Of a stretch of DNA of 30,397 bases, positions 1-8,342 are shown one piece after another. Source of the DNA: a virus (lineage: Duplodnaviria > Caudoviricetes); the IMG/VR virus record IMGVR_UViG_3300035392_000049, positions 1-30,397 of that record. One strand, given 5' to 3'. A program made the position numbers and the translations under genes. Each line of letters begins with the position of its first letter. The stretch's first letter is position 1. The notes beneath the pieces were generated by a model. The model did not search any database. It worked only from the letters and a program-made list of their open reading frames with translations, and had not been told where the DNA came from.

Positions 1-1257
1 AGTGTAAAACCTTATAATTATTTTATACATTCAGATAAATCTTGGAAAACTTCAGAGGAAGATATTTTAGAGACTACAAATAATATAGATTTTGATTATA
101 TAGAAACTAAGTATTTATCAATAGAATCATCGTTTGAGCTACAAACTCATGCTGCTGAATGTGCTTATTTTTTTGATACTATATATAGAAGCAAAGAATA
201 TATTAATAGTATATTCACTAAATCTAAGATAGTTACTAAATATTCTAATAACGGATTTAATGTTTTTGACGGTATTATAGCTTTAGCTACTTTAACAATA
301 TTAATTAATGGCTCAGAGCCTATTATTTTTAAGAGTAATTTTACTAATAATAGATATGCTTTTAAAGATAACTTAAATGATTTTGAATTATCTACACTAG
401 TTATAAACTCAGGAATAAATATTAGTAAATATTTTATTATGAATAATAGTGAATTAATATCTGAAACATTACAGAAAATTAATAATAATGAAGTATTTAA
501 AGAAAAATTTAATAATCTTATATTAGATGAAAATAATTATACTAAGCATATAGACCTATTTAAATACTACGCTATAGATGATATTAAAGATAAAGATATA
601 GACACTATTGTAAATAGTGTTAATAGTAACTTAACATTTAGAAAAAACTTAGAAAAAACTGTAGTTAATAGTAATAATTACTTAGACTATGTTAAACTAA
701 AAGAAGAGTATGTTAAGTTATTTAACGCTAATACTAATAGAAGTTTTTTTACACAACATGATAACTATATGGACTATTTAAAGGATAATAGTATAGACTT
801 ATATAATTTAATATCACCAGTGTATAAGAATAGATTCGATAAAGATATACTAAAAGTTTTTAATATATTAGTACAAGATATAAAAGATTTTTTAAATATT
901 AACAGCTTAATCTTAGATACACCATATAAAGAAAATATATTTAAACATTTATACTACACAATAGAGTATTTTAAATCGTATATAGTACAACTAACAGATT
1001 TTAGAATAATATTCAGATTTAATAATGAGTTAGAAAATAGATTATTTATAATGGATAAAGACCCAGACTTAACTATATATAGTAAAATAGCTGATTTAGT
1101 AGGTGGTGAAATGTATGAGTTCCAAGATAGACCCTTATCATTATCTGATAGTTTTTATGAAAATAGTATTAGCTATAGAGATATTAATAATACTATTGAG
1201 GTTAAAGATACATTAAGAATTAAAATTAGAGATGAAATTAAAATAACTGTCCTTTAA
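1..1257 (+). CDS. Virion structural protein (probable baseplate), 5'-truncated by the window edge
   Basis: Frame 1 is open from base 1 (SVKPYNYFIHSDKSWKTSEEDILETTNNIDFDYIETKYLSIES...), so the ATG at 439 is internal. The 'W...EDIL...F.YIETKYLSI' segment and the C-terminal 'IEYFKSY.VQL' recall AR9/phiR1-37-like virion proteins. Confidence 0.6.
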   Translation, partial: SVKPYNYFIHSDKSWKTSEEDILETTNNIDFDYIETKYLSIESSFELQTHAAECAYFFDTIYRSKEYINSIFTKSKIVTKYSNNGFNVFDGIIALATLTILINGSEPIIFKSNFTNNRYAFKDNLNDFELSTLVINSGINISKYFIMNNSELISETLQKINNNEVFKEKFNNLILDENNYTKHIDLFKYYAIDDIKDKDIDTIVNSVNSNLTFRKNLEKTVVNSNNYLDYVKLKEEYVKLFNANTNRSFFTQHDNYMDYLKDNSIDLYNLISPVYKNRFDKDILKVFNILVQDIKDFLNINSLILDTPYKENIFKHLYYTIEYFKSYIVQLTDFRIIFRFNNELENRLFIMDKDPDLTIYSKIADLVGGEMYEFQDRPLSLSDSFYENSISYRDINNTIEVKDTLRIKIRDEIKITVL

Positions 1258-1295
1258 TATCTAAAACTAACTAATATATAATATTCTAAGTAAAT

Positions 1296-2006
1296 ATGAT
1301 GATTGAAGAAAGTTTAAAGAAAATAGAATTTAAAGAAAATTCTGATACTATTAAAGATATTCTACGTATAAGTAATAAAGAAGAAATAAAAAATGAAAAC
1401 TATATTAGAGTAGTTGACGCAGATACTGGTAGGGTATTGATAGAAAGAAAGAAAAATATTATAACATTAAGAGGTAGAACATTTGCTTTAGAGAAATTAT
1501 ATGAAAATACTAATAACTCACCAAGCTATCCTACTAAAAACTATAATAGAAAAATTAATTTATTTTCAGTAGGTACTGGAGGTTGTCCTGTAGGAGATCC
1601 ATTCTCACCTATTCTACCTTCGCCACTAGATGTAGCACTAGCAGATAGAGTACCTTTTATTACACTACCTGTAGGTTCTAACCCCACTGATATATATCCA
1701 GATATTTCTATGACTAACTACCCAGTAGCACCAGAATTAGTTGGGGATAATAATCTATACTATTATAAAATATTTAATATATTAGAACCAGAATGGTTTA
1801 TAGATTTAAATACTAATACAACATATAAAAAAGTAGAATTATTAGTAGATATGGAAGATTGTAGAAATGAAAACTTAAACGAGTTAAGTTTATTTTTTTC
1901 AACTAACACTCATACAGAACCGGAAATGTATAGTAGAGTAACATTTCCAACAGAACATATTTCAGGTAATAAAAGAATCGTTGTAGAGTATTACACATTC
2001 GCTTAA
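1296..2006 (+). CDS. Baseplate/tail-collar-type structural protein
   Basis: Pattern N-IITLRGR ... F.VGTGG ... P.P.D.AL ... NELSLF ... YSRVTFP is typical of phage baseplate/tail-fibre attachment proteins. Lies downstream of a late-type motif at 1265..1276. Confidence 0.6.
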   Translation: MMIEESLKKIEFKENSDTIKDILRISNKEEIKNENYIRVVDADTGRVLIERKKNIITLRGRTFALEKLYENTNNSPSYPTKNYNRKINLFSVGTGGCPVGDPFSPILPSPLDVALADRVPFITLPVGSNPTDIYPDISMTNYPVAPELVGDNNLYYYKIFNILEPEWFIDLNTNTTYKKVELLVDMEDCRNENLNELSLFFSTNTHTEPEMYSRVTFPTEHISGNKRIVVEYYTFA

Positions 2007-2014
2007 TTTATTAT

Positions 2015-2070
2015 TAATTAAATATATCAAGAAACTAATGAATATATAAGTTTCTTGATATATTTAATTA
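2015..2070. repeat. Perfect 22-bp inverted repeat with 12-nt loop, immediately before the vRNAP beta' start codon
   Basis: taattaaatatatcaagaaact (2015-2036) pairs with agtttcttgatatatttaatta (2049-2070). Confidence 0.9.
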
Positions 2071-2071
2071 T

Positions 2072-3325
2072 ATGGCTATAAAAAGATTGTTAATTAAAGA
2101 GATAGATAAAAAATATCTACTAACATTAAAATCTACTAATATTACATTAAAGCTACTAAAAGAATTACTAGCATTCAATGAAAAGAATATTAGAAGATTT
2201 AACCCAGTAGATGAAATCATATTAATACCAGACGAATTAGAAATTAATAAAAATGAACTATCTATAGTTGTAAAAGATAGAACAATTACTACAGTAGGAA
2301 GATATTTAGCGAATTTATTCTTATTCGGAAATACTAATCTAAGAGATAAAGTACCTTACTATAACAAACCTATTAATAAAGGAGAAATGGGTAAAATATT
2401 TACAGATGTTAGTATATTATTAAAAGAGAATAAAATAGATGGAGATACATATATAGATTTTATTAATAGATTACATTGGTTTAGTTTTAGTATTACATCA
2501 TTTATTGCATATACATTAGATTTAAGCACAGCAGTTCCTTTAGAAAGTGTTAAAAAAAGAAAAGAAGAATTATTTAAGGAACATAGTAAAAAAATAGAAA
2601 ATAATGACCAAAAGATAGTAAGTGTAATAGAAAAAGAACTAATAGATTTAGCTAAAAAAGAATTAGATGAAAAAGATAGTAATGGTTTAAAAGTGTATGA
2701 TTCTGGAGCTACTGGCAGTTTTGCTAATAACTATAAAAATACTGTTATTATGAGGGGGAGTATGGCGAAGAGTGATGAAATAACTAATGTTAGTGCTATG
2801 ACAATTAGTAAAGATAACCTTAGTGACGGTATATCGCTTAATCAATTCCACTCTTATTGCGACATTAGTACAACAGCCAGTTTCTCACGAGCTGTAGGAA
2901 CAGCAGCTGGGGGATATTTAGTTAAGCAGTTTAATTCAAGTTTTTCTCACCTTAATTGTAATGAAGAGAAAGGTTCTGATTGTGGTACTAAATTTGCCTT
3001 TAAAGTAAAAATTACAGATAAGAATGCTGGACAATTTTATCTTAGATATGCTTTATTTAATAAAAACTTAGTTTTATTAGACAATGAAAATTTAAAAGAT
3101 GCTATAGGTAAAACATTGGAAATACGTAGCCCTTTATTTTGTAAAGATTCTAAAATATGTAATATGTGTATAGGAGATTTGTATCAGAACTTAGGTATAA
3201 GTAGATTAGGTAATTTACCTTCTAAATTGGGTTCCGCTCATTTAAACAAAGCATTAAAGGCTTTTCATGATTTAAGCATTAAGCTATCTAAACTAGATGT
3301 TTTAGGGTCATTCAGAGAAGTTTAA
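2072..3325 (+). CDS. Multisubunit RNA polymerase beta' fragment, probably the virion RNAP (phiKZ gp80-like)
   Basis: RpoC-like motifs: TTVGR, DSGATGS (cf. SGARGS), bridge helix SRAVGTAAGGYLVK (cf. DTALKTANSGYLTR), DCGT, Zn site RSPLFC..SKICNMCIG and trigger helix LNKALKAFH. The protein ends just after the trigger loop, as in virion-type split subunits. Confidence 0.88.
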   Translation: MAIKRLLIKEIDKKYLLTLKSTNITLKLLKELLAFNEKNIRRFNPVDEIILIPDELEINKNELSIVVKDRTITTVGRYLANLFLFGNTNLRDKVPYYNKPINKGEMGKIFTDVSILLKENKIDGDTYIDFINRLHWFSFSITSFIAYTLDLSTAVPLESVKKRKEELFKEHSKKIENNDQKIVSVIEKELIDLAKKELDEKDSNGLKVYDSGATGSFANNYKNTVIMRGSMAKSDEITNVSAMTISKDNLSDGISLNQFHSYCDISTTASFSRAVGTAAGGYLVKQFNSSFSHLNCNEEKGSDCGTKFAFKVKITDKNAGQFYLRYALFNKNLVLLDNENLKDAIGKTLEIRSPLFCKDSKICNMCIGDLYQNLGISRLGNLPSKLGSAHLNKALKAFHDLSIKLSKLDVLGSFREV

Positions 3326-3330
3326 ATAAA

Positions 3331-3369
3331 AAATAACTATGTATTCTTATTTTGAATACATAGTTATTT
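3331..3369. terminator. Bidirectional terminator hairpin between convergent genes
   Basis: aaataactatgtattc / gaatacatagttattt, 16-bp stem. Confidence 0.75.
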
Positions 3370-3381
3370 CAATTATGTTAG

Positions 3382-4644
3382 TTATCTATCATTTTCTACA
3401 TAAAATTCCCCTTGAAGTTCTTTAGCTTTCGCTTCCCTAGCTAAATGCGCTTCATAAGCTGTAGCAAATGTACCTAAATAGAAGCTTTCATTTTCATATT
3501 TAATTGTAGCTGTCCATTTATTAGTCTTTTTAATATAATTAACTCCAACATAACCAGATTTATTATTTTTTCTAATTTTTATAACATTTTGGCTATTTTC
3601 TAAATGTGTGGCTTCTCTTAGATTACATAATCTATTATCGTCTCTAATACCATTAATGTGGTCTATTAAATTAACAGGATCTGTCCCATATACTAATTTC
3701 CAAATAATTCTATGTGCTCTGTATCTGATAGTATCCATATTTATTACAATATAACCAAATTTATCTAAACTCCCAGCTATTTTATTAGCTGTAGCGCTGT
3801 TACCCCTACCTTCCTCTTTAAAATGGTATATAGGTCTTTCTTTCCAATATAATATACCTGTATCTGGGTCATAAGTAAAACATTCCATAAGATATTTTTG
3901 AGTAGGCAGTTCCAAAGCTTTTGGTTTTTCTTTACCTTCATTAAGTTTCTTTTTTATTTCTTCCTGCGGTATAATTTCTTCTAAATTTTCTATTTTATTA
4001 TTAAATATATCACCATCTATATGTCTCAATACCCTATTGGTGTCTACCCCGTAAATAATTTTCCATACAATTTTATGTATCACATAACATTTTCCATCTA
4101 TGACTACCCTTCTATCTTTTAATGTTATAATTACTTCAGTATCTTTATATAATCTATTAATTCTATTACATGACGCATTATTTTTAAAATGATACCTAGG
4201 TCTTTCTTTCCAGTATAGTTTACCTACTTTTTCATCATACCTAAAACACTCCAATAAGTATTCTTGACTAGGCAATTGTTTATGATTTATTTTCTTTTTA
4301 ACAGATAAATTAGCTATTACTTTTTTTAAGTTACATATTTTATTATTTTTATAATCACCATCTATATGTTCTATATATTCTACAATATCTTCACCGTATT
4401 CTAACTTCCAAATAATTCTTGATGTTTTATAATTTATCCCATCTAATTTAACAACCAAACTTTTATTATTAAAAACAGAACCAGCTTCTTTATTAGCATA
4501 ATTAATATGGAATTTTACGTAGTTACCTTTATTTTTAAAATGACTTCTAGGTCTTTCATTCCAAAATATTTTACCTAATTCTCTATCATATCTAAAACAC
4601 TCCAACAAATATTCTCTAGTCGGTAGTTCTTTAACTTTACTCAT
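3382..4644 (-). CDS. HNH homing endonuclease with three tandem HNH modules and a C-terminal AP2 domain
   Basis: Three copies of LP..EYL.ECF.YD...G...W.ERP..HFK. HNH cores EHIDGDYKNNKICNL, RHIDGDIFNNKIENL and DHINGIRDDNRLCNL. AP2 tail NKSGYVGV...KWTATI...YLGTF.TAYEAH. Confidence 0.9.
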   Translation of the reverse strand: MSKVKELPTREYLLECFRYDRELGKIFWNERPRSHFKNKGNYVKFHINYANKEAGSVFNNKSLVVKLDGINYKTSRIIWKLEYGEDIVEYIEHIDGDYKNNKICNLKKVIANLSVKKKINHKQLPSQEYLLECFRYDEKVGKLYWKERPRYHFKNNASCNRINRLYKDTEVIITLKDRRVVIDGKCYVIHKIVWKIIYGVDTNRVLRHIDGDIFNNKIENLEEIIPQEEIKKKLNEGKEKPKALELPTQKYLMECFTYDPDTGILYWKERPIYHFKEEGRGNSATANKIAGSLDKFGYIVINMDTIRYRAHRIIWKLVYGTDPVNLIDHINGIRDDNRLCNLREATHLENSQNVIKIRKNNKSGYVGVNYIKKTNKWTATIKYENESFYLGTFATAYEAHLAREAKAKELQGEFYVENDR

Positions 4645-4685
4645 ATTTTATAAATTCCTTTTCGTATTATTAATTTATTACTTAT

Positions 4686-4754
4686 TTAAATCTTTTTTAA
4701 ATAATCCATTTCTGGAAGTTGTCCTCTAACGTTTTCTTTAGTATTTTCTGTCAT
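4686..4754 (-). pseudogene. 22-codon remnant of an HNH gene N-terminus
   Basis: Translates to MTENTKENVRGQLPEMDYLKKI* with a purine-rich RBS. QLPEMDYL matches the repeat starts ELPTREYL / QLPSQEYL of the downstream HNH. Confidence 0.5.
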
Positions 4755-4842
4755 ATTATTTTACCCTTTTCCTGTCCCCTATAATTAAGTTATTCCTGTA
4801 TTTATCTAGTATAAATGAATTTTCTTCATCTAAATACAAAAT

Positions 4843-4874
4843 TAATATATACTTATTATTCTCTTTAACTCCAC
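4843..4874 (-). promoter_or_regulatory. Putative early promoter, GTG-N17-AAGTATATATTA
   Basis: Copy of the recurrent intergenic motif. Confidence 0.65.
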
Positions 4875-4891
4875 ATATAAATAACAAAAAA

Positions 4892-4927
4892 AAATCAACA
4901 TAAGAAATTAATCCTATGTCGATCTTT
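4892..4927 (-). terminator. Intrinsic terminator, near-duplicate of the hairpin at 5803..5837
   Basis: Minus strand gatcgacatagga-ttaat-ttcttatgttgat followed by a T9 run. Confidence 0.7.
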
Positions 4928-4933
4928 ATTTAT

Positions 4934-5263
4934 TTACTTATTTTCAATAATCTCTATTAAATTCTTTATAACTTCAGGACTATTAGCAAGGAATACTAAA
5001 ACATCCCAATCTACTCTTAACCATTCAGAACAACCTAATAATTCTAGTCCATTAGCATCTACAATACAATCATCCTCACACTCACTTTGAAAATATTGTA
5101 CTACTTCACAACTTTTTGGTGTAGTTTTAACAACATTTATAAGACTTTTAGCTTCTATAGCCTTCCAAGGTAAAGGATGTTTTATTTGAACAGTATCTAA
5201 ATAATTTTTCAATTCTAATATATCTTCAGCATTAAGACCTATATGTTTATTCTTAGAATACAT
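4934..5263 (-). CDS. Hypothetical protein (Ead/Ea22-like pattern H..PW ... F.ANSP..I..LI)
   Basis: 109-aa ORF with GGAGAG RBS; the family resemblance is weak. Confidence 0.6.
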   Translation of the reverse strand: MYSKNKHIGLNAEDILELKNYLDTVQIKHPLPWKAIEAKSLINVVKTTPKSCEVVQYFQSECEDDCIVDANGLELLGCSEWLRVDWDVLVFLANSPEVIKNLIEIIENK

Positions 5264-5275
5264 ATTTTCACTCTC

Positions 5276-5530
5276 CTATATACTATGAGGATATTCTTTA
5301 AAAATTCCTCTTAAATAATCATGTTTACACCAAGAATAAGAAACATTAATTCTATCTTTTATTAATTCTATTTTCTCTTCATTATACCAACGTAAGTACA
5401 TTTTTAATCTCCTCTTATAACTAGCTGTTCTAGCAGAAATCTTATGTAGTGTTCTAAGTTTACAATGATTTTCATAAGAACTACGATTAAAGTCTAGTTT
5501 ATGTTTAGTTTTCACTAGTATTCTTTCCAA
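5276..5530 (-). CDS. Hypothetical basic protein
   Basis: 84-aa ORF overlapping the upstream gene. Confidence 0.55.
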   Translation of the reverse strand: MERILVKTKHKLDFNRSSYENHCKLRTLHKISARTASYKRRLKMYLRWYNEEKIELIKDRINVSYSWCKHDYLRGIFKEYPHSI

Positions 5531-5781
5531 AAAGTTAATTTTAATAACAAATTTATTCTGTTAAGTTTCATTTCAATATTCCTATAACTACCGTATTTAG
5601 GATTAATAGTAGGAATATATCTATCTAACCAAGGTCTATTCATACAATGTATATTTCTTCTATAATATCTTAGTGTATTAATTTTCTTATAGTGATTTTT
5701 CCTTTCAGTATCTAATCTTAGTATTTCATTTAAGTATTCTTTCCGTAGAGCTAAAAGTTTGTCTTTAGATAACTTATTCAT
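5515..5781 (-). CDS. Hypothetical basic protein
   Basis: 88-aa ORF with GAGGGG RBS. Confidence 0.65.
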   Translation of the reverse strand: MNKLSKDKLLALRKEYLNEILRLDTERKNHYKKINTLRYYRRNIHCMNRPWLDRYIPTINPKYGSYRNIEMKLNRINLLLKLTFWKEY

Positions 5782-5802
5782 AATAACCCCTCTTAATAAT
5801 AT

Positions 5803-5837
5803 AAATCAACATGAGAGATTAATCCTGTGTTGATTTT
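5803..5837 (-). terminator. Hairpin, near-duplicate of 4892..4927
   Basis: aaatcaacatgagagattaatcctgtgttgatttt. Confidence 0.6.
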
Positions 5838-5840
5838 AAA

Positions 5841-6050
5841 TTATTTTACAGATAAATTATTCATAGTAGCTTTGACTAAATTAATAAAAGCTTCTTCAGC
5901 TTCGTTTCTTAGTCTATCTACTCTATTAATTTCGTTATGATAGTGCCAACTGAAATCATAACCCTCGAATTTATTTCTTTCTAACTCTAATTCAAAATTA
6001 GCTGTCATATAATTTTGAAATAAATTACAGTAATCTTCGAATTCTTGCAT
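5841..6050 (-). CDS. Hypothetical protein
   Basis: 69-aa ORF with AGGGGA RBS. Confidence 0.7.
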   Translation of the reverse strand: MQEFEDYCNLFQNYMTANFELELERNKFEGYDFSWHYHNEINRVDRLRNEAEEAFINLVKATMNNLSVK

Positions 6051-6069
6051 AGTATTCCCCTATTTTTAA

Positions 6070-6282
6070 TTAAAAATCTTTAGGTTCTGCGAAATTTTTC
6101 AATTCAATTAAAGCATTTTCAAACTCTTCTATAACTTGTTGTAACTCACGACCACTGTTTAATAGTGTACTATTTTTATTATATTCGAATAAACCTAATA
6201 CACTTAATTTTTCTTCGCCATTTTCAATAACAACATCAACGGCATTACCAAAGATAACTTTATTTACACTGACACTTAACAT
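6070..6282 (-). CDS. Hypothetical protein
   Basis: 70-aa ORF with AGGAG RBS. Confidence 0.7.
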   Translation of the reverse strand: MLSVSVNKVIFGNAVDVVIENGEEKLSVLGLFEYNKNSTLLNSGRELQQVIEEFENALIELKNFAEPKDF

Positions 6283-6309
6283 AACAATTCTCCTGAGATT
6301 TAAATTACA

Positions 6310-6500
6310 TCATAAAAACGTATCGAATTCATCAAACATTAATGGATTGTTAAATTCTTCTTCAGTAATATCGCAAATAAAAGATTTTAAATCTTTTTCT
6401 TTTTTAGGATACAGTGTTCTATAAACTTATTTTTAAGTTCTTCTAAAGACATATTATTAATACGTTCAATAGCTTGTTTCGATAATTCTTGAATATTCAT
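6310..6500 (-). pseudogene. Frameshifted small early gene
   Basis: AGGCG RBS then MNIQELSKQAIERINNMSLEELKNKFIEH. A shifted frame continues YPKKEKDLKSFICDITEEEFNNPLMFDEFDTFL* and fills the gap to the next gene. Confidence 0.5.
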
Positions 6501-6529
6501 TGTTTCGCCTAATAGTTAAATTATAATAT

Positions 6530-6561
6530 TAATATATATTTATTATTATTAATATTACACT
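6530..6561 (-). promoter_or_regulatory. Putative early promoter, AGTG-N16-AAATATATATTA
   Basis: Copy of the recurrent motif, upstream of the 6500..4934 small-gene run. Confidence 0.7.
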
Positions 6562-7733
6562 TAACCACATCTTTGCTTTTGTATTAGATAAGAGAAATAT
6601 ATTAATAGTGCTTTTTTATATGCAATTCTTGTAGCTTCTCTAGTAGTATTACTATATAAAGGGGAATATTTATTTAGTAGTATATCTAAATTATCTTTAA
6701 TCTTTCCTACATTCTCATCTACACTATTAGATTTACCATATACACTTACAACAAAAGGAATAAATTTAATATTACACACAGCTTTTAAATCATTATCTTT
6801 TTGATGCAACATAGTGATAGTAAATATAGCTCCTATTACTTCTTTAATTAATTCATTATCATTACTTTTAAAATTATTAATAATAGCTTTTAACGAATTA
6901 GTTGTAATACTTCCTGATAAATTACTAGCTATTAATAAACCTTTCTCATCTAAACTATTCATACTATTCCATATAACAAATGAAGATGTAGCTTGCTCTA
7001 TACTAGAAGAATCTGATTTTCTATCATAGTTAAAATCCTCTTCTCCTTCCTCATCTTTCATAGCTGTCATATCTGTATTAATATATAATTTATGTTTATA
7101 ATTGTATGTAAATTCATTAGCTATTTTTTGCACAAAAGCATTTAATCTAGTTCTCAGTCCTTCTATATATCTAAAAATTTCATCATCACTATCATTAGTA
7201 AAACTCTTCTCATAATTCTCGTGATTAGCATCACCTATCTTCTGTAAAGCTGCTTGTAATGAACCTAGTCTTTTAATATCAAATTTATTAGATAGATTAT
7301 TAATAGTATAATCCATTACTTCTTTTTTAGCATATCCTACAGGAAAATATTTTCTATGTAGCATAGCATAAATTCTAACAGTAGTAGCTAATTTAGATAT
7401 TTCTACCATTCTTTTATTGTTAGTAATAGTATAGTGTCTTATAATAAGAGTAGCATTAATAAAGAAAGGATTATTTAAAAATACTGGATTGAAATTTTTA
7501 AGATTAGCTTTTTTCATAGCATCTGTTATTTCTACATCTGTTAATCCTGTTAGTTTAAAGAAAGGAGTGGAAGATATAGAAGGTTTACTAGAAAGTCCTA
7601 TATCAGATAATACTTCGCTATCCCTATCAAATACATTTCTAATTTCATTCATAAAATCTCTCTGTAAAGATTGATCTTCTAATCTTGGTTTTATTTTATT
7701 AGCTAAAAAAACAAATTCTTTATGGTTTATCAT
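6561..7733 (-). CDS. Conserved jumbo-phage protein, helical, function unknown
   Basis: 390-aa ORF. The motif KYFP.GYA..EVMDYTINNLSNKFDIK.LGS recalls a family conserved in phiKZ/AR9-like phages. Confidence 0.7.
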   Translation of the reverse strand: MINHKEFVFLANKIKPRLEDQSLQRDFMNEIRNVFDRDSEVLSDIGLSSKPSISSTPFFKLTGLTDVEITDAMKKANLKNFNPVFLNNPFFINATLIIRHYTITNNKRMVEISKLATTVRIYAMLHRKYFPVGYAKKEVMDYTINNLSNKFDIKRLGSLQAALQKIGDANHENYEKSFTNDSDDEIFRYIEGLRTRLNAFVQKIANEFTYNYKHKLYINTDMTAMKDEEGEEDFNYDRKSDSSSIEQATSSFVIWNSMNSLDEKGLLIASNLSGSITTNSLKAIINNFKSNDNELIKEVIGAIFTITMLHQKDNDLKAVCNIKFIPFVVSVYGKSNSVDENVGKIKDNLDILLNKYSPLYSNTTREATRIAYKKALLIYFSYLIQKQRCG

Positions 7734-7760
7734 AGTTAAAATAAAAAAATAGTTATATTA

Positions 7761-7786
7761 AGGAGTTCCTAATATTAGGAACTCCT
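7761..7786. terminator. Perfect 26-nt palindrome, likely terminator
   Basis: aggagttcctaatattaggaactcct, directly after the stop of 7795..8049. Confidence 0.65.
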
Positions 7787-7794
7787 ATTAAACA

Positions 7795-8049
7795 TTAATT
7801 ACAGAATCTATTGACTACAGCATCAAATATATCATTAGAATTAAAGAAGTTATTAGCTACGGTAATTTTTAAATTAAATTTATTAATTACAGTTTTAACG
7901 GTTTTTTTAATAAAAAAATCAGTCTCATAACTAACATCTATCACACCTTCTAAATTATTAATGAAATCTATAACATCTTCATTAACTTTTTTATCAAAAC
8001 ATATATCGAAGATTAATTGATTAGGAAATGTTTTTAAATATGCTTTCAT
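7795..8049 (-). CDS. Hypothetical protein
   Basis: 84-aa ORF with GAGA RBS and its own early-promoter motif. Confidence 0.7.
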   Translation of the reverse strand: MKAYLKTFPNQLIFDICFDKKVNEDVIDFINNLEGVIDVSYETDFFIKKTVKTVINKFNLKITVANNFFNSNDIFDAVVNRFCN

Positions 8050-8087
8050 ATTATTTTCTCATACAGTTATAGTTAAATATATTAGTT

Positions 8088-8118
8088 TAATATATATTTA
8101 TTTTCTTTAACTCCGCAC
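8088..8118 (-). promoter_or_regulatory. Putative early promoter, GTG-N16-AAATATATATTA
   Basis: Copy of the recurrent motif. Confidence 0.7.
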
Positions 8119-8269
8119 CTAAATATATTCTTTATAGTTTTTAATATTTTCATATATCTCTTTAATAATATCTAAGTTATCTCTAATAATGAGGATATGT
8201 ATTATTATCATAATAATTAAACCTAGCATATACTATTTCTCTCATATTTATAATTTATTAGTAAGTTTA

Positions 8270-8281
8270 TAATATATACTT
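8270..8281 (-). promoter_or_regulatory. Putative early promoter core, AAGTATATATTA
   Basis: Core motif; GTG lies 10 nt rather than 16 nt upstream. Confidence 0.5.
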
Positions 8282-8342
8282 ATTTTTATAACACTAAACT
8301 AAAACAAGTTAATATAAAATAAATCTAACAAGTAATATAATA

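Noticed and set aside
439-1257. ATG 439 as gene start
   Set aside because: The frame is open back to base 1, so the real start lies outside the window.
6814-7674. Plus-strand ORFs 6814..7029 and 7489..7674
   Set aside because: Antisense shadows of 6561..7733 with S/L/I-rich composition and no RBS.
8080-8245. Possible small minus-strand gene below the promoter core at 8270
   Set aside because: Competing short frames (MREIVYARF...* and MLGLIIMII...*); neither is convincing and the region may be decayed.
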